Of a DNA stretch of 42,750 bases, positions 36,301 to 42,750 are shown piece after piece (within the stretch, counting starts at the first letter, position 1; each line of letters opens with the position of its first letter). The notes under the pieces are model-generated. The model had not been told where the DNA came from. It did no database searches and saw nothing but the letters and a program-made list of their open reading frames with translations. The DNA is taken from positions 1 to 42,750 of IMG/VR virus record IMGVR_UViG_3300017747_003269; one strand, given 5' to 3'. The DNA comes from a virus. Lineage: Duplodnaviria; Caudoviricetes. A program made the translations under genes and the position numbers.

Positions 36301-36407
36301 AGCTTCTCGCAGCCCTGCTTCCATGCGTCCAGGTCCACGCGCCCGCGCAGCAACGGGGACACTTCACCGAAGCGCCAGCTTGTTTGTGCTAGATTGGCAG
36401 CGGGCAT
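33297..36407 (-). CDS. Tail tubular protein B (nozzle)
   Basis: Motifs GEVSP.L.GR.D, NF..PQG..RRPGT, QSAD, GAWS..GYP, QRL.F, W.S..GDY.NF and W..H. Confidence 0.9.
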   Translation of the reverse strand: MPAANLAQTSWRFGEVSPLLRGRVDLDAWKQGCEKLENFVVTPQGSLLRRPGTENIHYMTTTALRLVEFRAADNDSYVLELFKGTYSTDRWGSLVLKNGATMYGPLGQRIEQIVDNGSTKARITITNHQIPSGDRIHIQGCNGGAPDGGYLCTVVDANTIDLTTGTYTTYSGGGVLYMDKFNNQIRTITAATVSAVPLVGNVVTITFSVNHPYSVNDIVGITGVSGATELNGQWTVYGTPAANQITINFGTSTISAYTSGGCCTDSVLLIPMSPLHTYTNAQLKKLSKCQSADVAFFAHPEMPPYTLSRLSDYQWEWRKMEFTDGPYLSRNDTYTRLTISSLSDTATFFDPVGNVNFDAADPSEFLQYREDNQWKLAQVVTYTDAEHVIADIKSNLLLNIDESIALNSGVNRSTNNSRYSNNRGYAKEQGRSGSPAYRRRIASAQSVNGVDPAADVTISGGTLVSTYAGTFTRNDIGKYIKEQTGAWKKITGFTSDKVVTVSTPARIVGASDTNEADLIYYGRSITATITAAGPTTADSNIFSSTDVGRPIRLNFSGVSIWCRITAYTSATQVSVQFFQEVPLDPKDNTTIRNGGVVTDWQLGAWSDETGYPNSVCIHEQRLVFGGNTTQPQTIWMSVSGDYWNFSPTEPDLTVQDDNAISYTIASDDVSPVVWMISAKVLIIGTQGSEWQAKAASSFMEPLTPSNISVTPQSAYGSAPGHQAQRVGNSIYFIQRDGTRMRKMSYDMNSDGWVSSDVSLASEHMMRNGRSGIQLAYQMSPFSILWLLLDDGTLASATINEDENQFSWAHHTLGQYNSLCVTDSILVINKDDDTYSRLYVAGIRNNSARYQIERLGLFWLPSGDTAKTALTVSYLDDYTERTLTAATTSTPSTNVPDGASVGVWINGAYIGAKTVSSGSISLGATYSGTAYIGYVYTSTLKQLPPEGGSAFGISLVKTKRVHRVGTRVFSSYKLNHGPSESSLTEHTYPSTTTNFFTGDDKFSIKNPYDFENGIVLSISEPWPLNILAVAPELQTHE

Positions 36408-37237
36408 TATTGATTGGGCATGGCCAAGGCCGTTGAATTGCGGGACAGCAGCCAGTCGTTGCTTTCAATGACAGGCGAGGAATCCTCAGTGGCGTCGATG
36501 AACCGCGCCCTCTGAATCAATCCGATCTTTCCGTCTCCACCGAACAAGTCCGTCCAAGCCTGGCGTTTCTTACTATCGCTGGCAGTCAGGGCGTCGCAGA
36601 TGTCCCAAGCCAGATACAGCGCGAGGCATTCATAGAACATGACTGACATGGTGGTGTAGTCCGTCACGTCGTAGATGTATTTGATTTCCAGCTCGTCGAT
36701 GTCGGTCGAGATGCGCCCGGATTCAAGTCGCCATTCAGCGCCATAGATGCGCTCGTTCAGGCGCAGGATGCGCAGGCAATCCGTGGGCTTGACGATGGAG
36801 AATGAGTAGTTGGTTGCAGCGGCCTTCGTCCATGAGCCTGTTACTGTTCCGCTGCCAGCGAAAACGGATTCGTAAAGGTCGAAGTTGTTCGCATCGACAT
36901 AGACGATTTCCCATGTCCCGTTAACAGTCGGATAAGCCGTCTCGTCCTTGATGGTAACGCGGTCACCGGTGGCCAGCCCGTGCGAGGCTGATGTCACCCG
37001 GAAGTAATCGCTTGAGCCTGCGTCCGCAAGAGCGGTGTAATCGGTCCATGTCGGGCGGACGATCTTGCGCTTGACCGCGAAGTTCCACGGGTGCATCTCC
37101 AGCATGGCACGTTTGCAGATGTCCACGCGGGCATTGCAGATCACCGCCTCCTTGGTCGTGTCGGAGAGCGCGGTAATGCTGGTCGAGCCAATCTTGTATA
37201 GAGCGGCCTGGCTTACTTCAAGTTGGCTTTGTGCCAT
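36407..37237 (-). CDS. Tail tubular protein A (adaptor)
   Basis: Motifs AL..IG..I, HPWNFA.KR, P.DCLR and F..LA..LA, with an internal insertion. Confidence 0.85.
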   Translation of the reverse strand: MAQSQLEVSQAALYKIGSTSITALSDTTKEAVICNARVDICKRAMLEMHPWNFAVKRKIVRPTWTDYTALADAGSSDYFRVTSASHGLATGDRVTIKDETAYPTVNGTWEIVYVDANNFDLYESVFAGSGTVTGSWTKAAATNYSFSIVKPTDCLRILRLNERIYGAEWRLESGRISTDIDELEIKYIYDVTDYTTMSVMFYECLALYLAWDICDALTASDSKKRQAWTDLFGGDGKIGLIQRARFIDATEDSSPVIESNDWLLSRNSTALAMPNQ

Positions 37238-37329
37238 AAATCAGCAACCGAATTGTTCGCCCGCTCCATGGCCCTTCTTGAACCACGTAGTTCGGAATCA
37301 CTAAAATGTTCATGTGTTAACGATAAAGT

Positions 37330-37368
37330 AAAAGGCGGCTTGAGTAAACATGAAAAACCCAAGCCGCC
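37330..37368 (-). terminator. Intrinsic terminator after the head genes
   Basis: Stem GGCGGCTTG/CAAGCCGCC followed by TTTT on the minus strand. Confidence 0.65.
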
Positions 37369-37403
37369 CGGAGGAGCACTTGCCGTCAGGCGGCAGGCGC
37401 GAA

Positions 37404-37862
37404 TCAGTACGCGGACGGCAGGATAAACCAGTTCGTCCCGTTGTTGTTAATCACCGTCAACCCTTGATTGGTCAGGGAGGAATAGGTGCTGAGCACCACA
37501 ACGTTAGTCGCCGTGCTGTAGGTCGCCCCGACCGTATTGGTCAGCTTGATTGTAACGTTTCCGTTGGCAATCAGCCGGTAATGACGGCGAAGCGAATTGG
37601 TTGGATTCGGAAGAACCACCACCACGTTCGTAAGCTGGTTAAGGCTTTTGAACGCAACGATGTTGTGATACGGCTGAAGCGTGTACTGCTCTTCAGCGCC
37701 GGGGTGATACAACGTGAACTCGAATCGCGGACCGTCCTGAATGTAATCAGCAACGCCAGCCAGCTTTTCAATTTCCGAAGGATACGGTTGTCGGCTCTTG
37801 TATTCCTGCGCACCAACCGTCACCGCCGCGAGTGCAAACAAACCAATTAGGATATTTTTCAT
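37404..37862 (-). CDS. Signal-peptide protein in the head module
   Basis: N-terminus MKNILIGLFALAAVTVGA-QE. C-terminal region (V.LP....R.Y....NGTNW) resembles a fibre domain. Confidence 0.7.
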   Translation of the reverse strand: MKNILIGLFALAAVTVGAQEYKSRQPYPSEIEKLAGVADYIQDGPRFEFTLYHPGAEEQYTLQPYHNIVAFKSLNQLTNVVVVLPNPTNSLRRHYRLIANGNVTIKLTNTVGATYSTATNVVVLSTYSSLTNQGLTVINNNGTNWFILPSAY

Positions 37863-37870
37863 AGTTGGTT

Positions 37871-37892
37871 GGGGCGGGAGTTACCCCGCCCC
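37871..37892 (-). other. GC-rich intergenic hairpin
   Basis: GGGGCGGG/CCCGCCCC. Confidence 0.5.
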
Positions 37893-37898
37893 GATTAC

Positions 37899-38417
37899 TT
37901 AGGGATAAGCAACGAGAACGTAGCCACGAAGGACTTCAGTGCCCACCGTTCCGACAGAAGTCGTGGCGGTAAGGTAAAGCTCCTTCTGGGCCTCATACAT
38001 GAAACCGAGCGCAGTCGTCAACGCGAAGCCCACCTTGGTCGTGCTTTGGGTAGCAGCGGCCTTGAGGCAAACTTTCGAGTCAGACTGTGCGGATGTCACC
38101 GCAGATCCGTCCGTTCCAATGGAGCTTCCAGAGGCAACGTCGTCGATGTAGCCAAGCGCGTCCCGAGCCGCCAAACCAAGCGAGATTTGAGCGGAGTTGG
38201 ACAGCGTTGCAGACGCGACGATTTCACCACTGATGATCCGTGCGCCCCTGGGGATGATTGCGAGTGCAATATCCTCACCCGTGCCTTGACTGGCAAGGGT
38301 GCAGACAAATGGAATCGCGTAGGTCTTTGAAAAAGACAGATTGGTATCCATCTTCTCGCCAGACTCGACGTAGCTTTGAAGCTCGTCCGAGTAACTGTCA
38401 ATAACTGTAGCAGCCAT
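37899..38417 (-). CDS. Capsid cement/decoration protein
   Basis: Directly follows the major capsid gene. IP.GARI jelly-roll pattern. Confidence 0.65.
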   Translation of the reverse strand: MAATVIDSYSDELQSYVESGEKMDTNLSFSKTYAIPFVCTLASQGTGEDIALAIIPRGARIISGEIVASATLSNSAQISLGLAARDALGYIDDVASGSSIGTDGSAVTSAQSDSKVCLKAAATQSTTKVGFALTTALGFMYEAQKELYLTATTSVGTVGTEVLRGYVLVAYP

Positions 38418-38439
38418 ATTCTTTTATTCCTTTCGTGGA

Positions 38440-39348
38440 TTAAGCTTCAGAGCACAGAACTTTGATAACGCGCTCTTCCCAGAGGCGGGTAGCGCCGAAC
38501 GTTGCGGTCGAATAGACCTGATAGCTGTAACGCTTGTCAGGGCGAGGATCGATCTTCACGCTCATGTTCTCAGCAACACCAAGCAGGCCCGCGCTCTTGG
38601 GGTAAACCAAGACCTGACGGTAGCTGTTGGAATCTGCCTTCGCGAGGGTCGTCCAGATGAAATTAAAACCAAGGAAGGTGTTAATTTGTCCGTCAACCAG
38701 GGCGCGAACCGTGTTGTAGTCAGCGTTCGTAACCTCAGTAGTGCGCAAGAGCGACTGCTTCTGGTTCGGGTGGCCCACAACATGAACCAGTTCACCGGGC
38801 CGGATGGCGTCGTTAGCCTCAAGGAGGTAACGGGCGCGTCGCAGCTTGGCGATGGTCAGGTTGCTGTTGGCGGCTGCGCCGGTTTCAACGTAGTCAACCG
38901 CAACCGTGGAGGACGCGATGACCGAACCGCCCGTGCCGAACGTGACGGAGGTGGAACCGGACTTGCCGGAATAGGCAGTGCCGAGCAGGCCGTCGATGAT
39001 GGCGTTATCCATATCGCGACCGAGCGCCCAAGCCTGAGCCTGTGCGTAGCCGCTCTTTGGATCGATAATCATGCGGAGCTTGTCCTGATTATCAACGTAC
39101 TCGTTGGTATCATAACCAACCACCTGATTGCGCCGACGAGAATGTTCAATCTCGTTGTGGGGCGTATCGCCGTGGCGGGTTGTGATCTGTTGCGAGGTTG
39201 CCTTTCCGAGACGATCCCAATAATCGTATTCGGAATTCTGCGTAACCTCCCGGACGGTACCACGAAGCATCGAACCTTCCTGCTGGAAGATGTGTTCGAG
39301 TTGCGCGTGATACGAATTAACAAATGCCGTATCTACTGTAAAACTCAT
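38440..39348 (-). CDS. Major capsid protein
   Basis: 302 aa. Motifs QQ.GS.LR, D..DKLR...DP.S.Y, A.GR..D..I, GQINTFLGFNFI and GATR..E. Confidence 0.92.
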   Translation of the reverse strand: MSFTVDTAFVNSYHAQLEHIFQQEGSMLRGTVREVTQNSEYDYWDRLGKATSQQITTRHGDTPHNEIEHSRRRNQVVGYDTNEYVDNQDKLRMIIDPKSGYAQAQAWALGRDMDNAIIDGLLGTAYSGKSGSTSVTFGTGGSVIASSTVAVDYVETGAAANSNLTIAKLRRARYLLEANDAIRPGELVHVVGHPNQKQSLLRTTEVTNADYNTVRALVDGQINTFLGFNFIWTTLAKADSNSYRQVLVYPKSAGLLGVAENMSVKIDPRPDKRYSYQVYSTATFGATRLWEERVIKVLCSEA

Positions 39349-39495
39349 AAGAACTTAAAGACCTGGCGCACAAAGCGCCTGCTTTGCTTGCGGTTCGGTA
39401 GTCCTTACGGGCCTCGCCTCGCGAACACGTTCGCTGAACGTCCACAGTTATGCGGATTCAACCGGGCCTGACGAATCAGGTAGTCCGATGGGTGG

Positions 39496-39523
39496 AGAAT
39501 ACGTTAACGTTAAAGTTTGTCAA
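39496..39523 (-). promoter_or_regulatory. Sigma70-type promoter for the capsid operon
   Basis: TTGACA-N16-TATTCT. The spacer carries the repeated 14-bp box. Confidence 0.65.
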
Positions 39524-39753
39524 CAGAGAAAAATCCAGCTATCCGGTAAAATCGGATAACTGGATTGGGCTAGAAGCGTCGCGCTTATTGCTTCACAGGA
39601 CGGCTTTCTGCGTCCCGCCTATAGGCTTTCATCCGCCATCACGACGCTTCCGAAACGGAATTCACGCATGGTAAATCCCTAAAGCAAAGGCGGACATGGG
39701 GAAAACCTTGAAACCCATGCCCGCCCGATCCGCGACAACAACTAAACCAATTG

Positions 39754-40584
39754 CTATGCGCGGTTACTATTACTGGGGTAGGCGACCTTTTGCAAGTAAT
39801 GAAATCGCTCAACCGCATATTTATCGCCCTTGACGTATTTATCCATAAACTCCTTGTCGCCCTTGAGCTGGTTGATTTCGGCCAGCGCAGCACCAGCAGA
39901 CGCGGCGATTTCGGTTGTGCCCTTGCCGGTTGCTCGGTCTTCCATCAAGCCCTGACCCGCCTTGGCCAGCATCTTGATCAACCGAGGGTCGTTACCAAGG
40001 CCAGATTCCTCAATGTAGCGGGTGAACTGGTCATCCCCGAACTTGGCCACCACAGAGCGGGCCAGCTCGATATTAGCCTGATACTTGTCGCCCCATTCCT
40101 GTTTCAGCGAAGATTCTGCCGATGTTTTTGCCGTTTGCGTGGATTGCTGGTCAGCCTCGTAGGACGACTTCACAAAGGTCAAGTCAGCCTCAATCAAAGC
40201 CCGCGCCTGCTTATCGGACAGGCCCGCCTTGTGGTAAAGCGCCTTGCGCTCGGCAATCTTCGCATCGTCCAGCTTCAAGCCCTCCGGCATTACCACTTCC
40301 GGCATGGAGTATTTGTCAGGCGCCTCGGGGCGACCGAGCTGCGAATAGAAATCGTTGTATTCCTTGTCGGTCCACTTGTCGGAGGGCTTGAGGATCTTAT
40401 CCGCCCCGATCATGGACTTGGTTTCCACGTAGGACTTGGCGATGGTGGGGCCAACCTCTTCCCACGTCTTGCCTTGAAACTGGGCCAGAGACGGATTTCC
40501 CCGCAGTTCTTGAGGAAGCGTGTCCACCCATGTCGATGTTGCTGCTGGCGGTTGCTGTCCGCCCGTAACCAATGTTTCACTCAT
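39754..40584 (-). CDS. Capsid assembly scaffolding protein
   Basis: Motifs LGRPE.PDKY, L..EWG..Y and GLGNDP. Located between portal and capsid. Confidence 0.85.
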   Translation of the reverse strand: MSETLVTGGQQPPAATSTWVDTLPQELRGNPSLAQFQGKTWEEVGPTIAKSYVETKSMIGADKILKPSDKWTDKEYNDFYSQLGRPEAPDKYSMPEVVMPEGLKLDDAKIAERKALYHKAGLSDKQARALIEADLTFVKSSYEADQQSTQTAKTSAESSLKQEWGDKYQANIELARSVVAKFGDDQFTRYIEESGLGNDPRLIKMLAKAGQGLMEDRATGKGTTEIAASAGAALAEINQLKGDKEFMDKYVKGDKYAVERFHYLQKVAYPSNSNRA

Positions 40585-40586
40585 GT

Positions 40587-40856
40587 TTATTCCTTATCTT
40601 CTCGGTATGTTTGGTTGATGCGATTGATGACCGCATCCGTATCACCATGAATCAGGTTGAGAACTTCCAGAATGAGCCGCCTGGCTCCTTCGTTCATCAT
40701 GGTCTTGTTCGGATCGCCCGGACAAAATGTGGTTCGGTTCACGCAGCCCATCTTGATAAGATGCCTGAGCACTATTTCAGAATCGCCGCCGATCTTGAAA
40801 ACTGTCTGATACGCCTGTTTAAGCCGAATCAGATCGGAGATGTTTCGGATGATCAT
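40587..40856 (-). CDS. Bbp19-like small protein
   Basis: Pattern Y..VF.....VL..L...DP..T..NEG.R. Located after the portal. Confidence 0.75.
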   Translation of the reverse strand: MIIRNISDLIRLKQAYQTVFKIGGDSEIVLRHLIKMGCVNRTTFCPGDPNKTMMNEGARRLILEVLNLIHGDTDAVINRINQTYREDKE

Positions 40857-40891
40857 GTTTTGAGCCTGTAATAAATACGTGCATGTTTTTA

Positions 40892-42505
40892 TTACAGAAT
40901 GTTACCAGCCTTCTGCGCTTGCGCGACGTTGAGCAGAGCCTTGCTGGCAGGTTCGGCCACAGCGGCCATCTGCTGCATCTGCTCGGTTTGCTGGCGGGCG
41001 TTACGAATCTCGTCGATTTGGTCTGGCGTGCGCATGACGCGGCGGGATACGCCGCGATAATTTGCGAGGTCTTGTGCGATAACGTCCACATCCACAGCAT
41101 CCATGACGTTCTGCTGAATCTGGGCGAGCGGAACCAGTTCTTGGATGTAGCGACCAATTAAAGTAGCCTTCGAGCCGACCTGCGCCCTTGCCGCCGCGCT
41201 CATATACGCAATACGCAGGGTAGCCCCCTCAAGTTGAGCGGGCGGCTTGGGCAGTCTGTTGTGTTCCCGAAGGAGATTGTAGGACCGGACGATCATGGGT
41301 CCGAGCAGCTCAGTCTGTAACCGACCCAACATGGGGGCCATCATGCGGAGTTGCTGCTCAACAAGCTCGCTGATTTCGTAAGCGGTTTGACGCTCTTTCT
41401 TGGGCATCAACTTGACCCAATCGGCATAGAAACACTGCCGGATGAAGTCGCGCTTCTGCTGAACCTTCTCCTCGCCCCAGGGGATATTGCCCCGGAACTC
41501 AAGGTATTGGGCGGGCTCAGTGCCCGGCTCACGGTACAGGATGTCGTTGGCCCCGGTGGAGATGCCGTCCGGTGGAATCAGGAACCCGTCTGACGTGAGC
41601 TGAAGCGGTGGCTCAACAGCCTTCTTGGCCGCTTTAATCATCGTGTATTCCATCCGGTTCAGCATCCGAATGTCGGGCAGGCAGTCATCCGTTGGGCCAC
41701 GCCCGTATTGCTCGCCAGCAATCTTGTTCCACCGGCCTACGTGGTAAGGGAATTCAGCGTAACCAGACTCGCGAAGGACAATCTTTTTATCTTTCAGCAC
41801 CCAACAGGATGCGTAAGGCATGTTTTTGTTATCCTGCTTGCCGTAGTCACGCTGTTCCCGAGGGTGAACGGCGTGGATGACATCCCAGCGACGCATCTTA
41901 TCCTTGGAAAACTCTTCGCCAAGGACAGGCCCGAATTGGCCATTGACCTGATCGAAGGTCATCGGCAGACAGCGCGAGATGGAATCGATTCGCCCGTAGT
42001 AATCCTCTTCAAAGAAGCACGCCGACAGCGGGTGCGTGCGGAAATGGAGCGCAGCAGAATCTCCGTCCCAGTCCTGATAAACGATGCAGTTGCCAAAGGC
42101 CGCAATGTCCAGATACGCCTCATGCAAGGCGCTAGTCAGGCCGGTGCGGTCGCTGCAATACTGCCCGTAAATAGCGTCAGCAACCTGCTCTGACCAGGAA
42201 ATAACCTGCGGGTCACGGGCCAGCTCAATATCAGGCGTGGCCTGAATCTCAAACCATCGCTCTGTGGGCGATGACATGTAGGAATGGAGCGCGGCAGAAA
42301 GTTCCTTGGCGGCCTCGCGGGCTGTGCCGTCATACACGTTATCGACGCGGCTATATCCGGCCTGCTCACGGCGGTTAAAGTCCGTCGTGGTGGGGCGCAC
42401 CATGTCGCGAATGTCCTGCCAGTTGGTTTCCCAATTGGACCGCTCAGACTTCTGCGCCTCGAAACGCTGGATGACGCTTACCGCTTTAGGATCGTTCTCT
42501 TGCAT
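40892..42505 (-). CDS. Portal protein (head-tail connector)
   Basis: 537 aa. Motifs RW....GE.YGRGP, TAYEI and LGRLQTELL.P.I.R. Confidence 0.95.
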   Translation of the reverse strand: MQENDPKAVSVIQRFEAQKSERSNWETNWQDIRDMVRPTTTDFNRREQAGYSRVDNVYDGTAREAAKELSAALHSYMSSPTERWFEIQATPDIELARDPQVISWSEQVADAIYGQYCSDRTGLTSALHEAYLDIAAFGNCIVYQDWDGDSAALHFRTHPLSACFFEEDYYGRIDSISRCLPMTFDQVNGQFGPVLGEEFSKDKMRRWDVIHAVHPREQRDYGKQDNKNMPYASCWVLKDKKIVLRESGYAEFPYHVGRWNKIAGEQYGRGPTDDCLPDIRMLNRMEYTMIKAAKKAVEPPLQLTSDGFLIPPDGISTGANDILYREPGTEPAQYLEFRGNIPWGEEKVQQKRDFIRQCFYADWVKLMPKKERQTAYEISELVEQQLRMMAPMLGRLQTELLGPMIVRSYNLLREHNRLPKPPAQLEGATLRIAYMSAAARAQVGSKATLIGRYIQELVPLAQIQQNVMDAVDVDVIAQDLANYRGVSRRVMRTPDQIDEIRNARQQTEQMQQMAAVAEPASKALLNVAQAQKAGNIL

Positions 42506-42750
42506 TACGACATCTTGGATAGGAGCGTTGCGGGGCGCTTAGGCCCGTAGTTGACCTGAGACGGCTCAAGGCCGGATGTAAGCACAGTGGAGGCAAACCC
42601 ACGCGCAGAGGCTTGGCGGGCCTTCACAGTGGCAGTAGCGCCGAATATGGCGTCCTCTGGGCGGGGCGGGGCCGGTGGCTTTGGAGCCGAGCCACCCCCG
42701 CCCCCCTTGTAACAACGCGTAGCAGCGTTAACGTTAAAGCGTTCAAAGCA
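42505..42750 (-). CDS. 3' part of the 92-aa pre-portal protein (starts at 156)
   Basis: Translates ...VKARQASARGFASTVLTSG...TLLSKMS*. The TAA overlaps the portal ATG. Confidence 0.75.
   Translation of the reverse strand, partial: CFERFNVNAATRCYKGGGGGSAPKPPAPPRPEDAIFGATATVKARQASARGFASTVLTSGLEPSQVNYGPKRPATLLSKMS
42628..42750. repeat. Terminal direct repeat, right copy
   Basis: Identical to 1-123. Confidence 0.97.

Noticed and set aside
39570-39655. tRNA, c-di-GMP-I riboswitch or hammerhead ribozyme
   Set aside because: There is no TTCG/T-loop or cloverleaf, the GGGACGCA...AAAGCC similarity is only partial, and there is no CTGATGA core.
19341-42550. Many long plus-strand ORFs (e.g. 20804..21589, 25288..26169, 39751..40650)
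   Set aside because: They are antisense shadows of well-supported GC-rich structural genes and have no motifs.
1-42750. Alternative genetic code (prompted by the release-factor-like gene)
   Set aside because: Core genes are full length in the standard code, and TAA, TAG and TGA all act as stops at gene junctions.

Overview
The window is an apparently complete, circularly assembled ~42.6 kb tailed phage genome. Bases 1-123 are repeated at 42628-42750, and one gene reads in frame across the junction. The minus strand carries a podovirus (T7/BPP-1-type) morphogenesis module: portal, scaffold, major capsid, cement, tail tubular A and B, ejection proteins, adsorption proteins, membrane/lysis genes and the terminase. 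The plus strand carries two blocks of small early/middle genes (3.5-8.1 kb and 9.9-17.6 kb), including two DNA methyltransferases, a Holliday-junction resolvase, an HNH nuclease, a metallophosphoesterase and a stand-alone GGQ release-factor domain. I could not recognise any DNA or RNA polymerase, helicase, integrase, repressor or endolysin. A Verrucomicrobiota/PVC host is inferred from protein style only. The most notable observations are: (1) a two-cassette integron-type array (two attC sites plus an attI-like entry site, 16083-17300) with no integrase, inverted relative to transcription, whose genes start inside the attC hairpins; (2) every gene in the tail-fibre position carries a Sec-type signal peptide; (3) a 17-bp motif repeated 8 times at early gene boundaries, with a duplicated gene; (4) a 14-bp candidate late-gene control box; and (5) several structured non-coding regions. 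All product calls come from motif recognition and gene order, not database searches.
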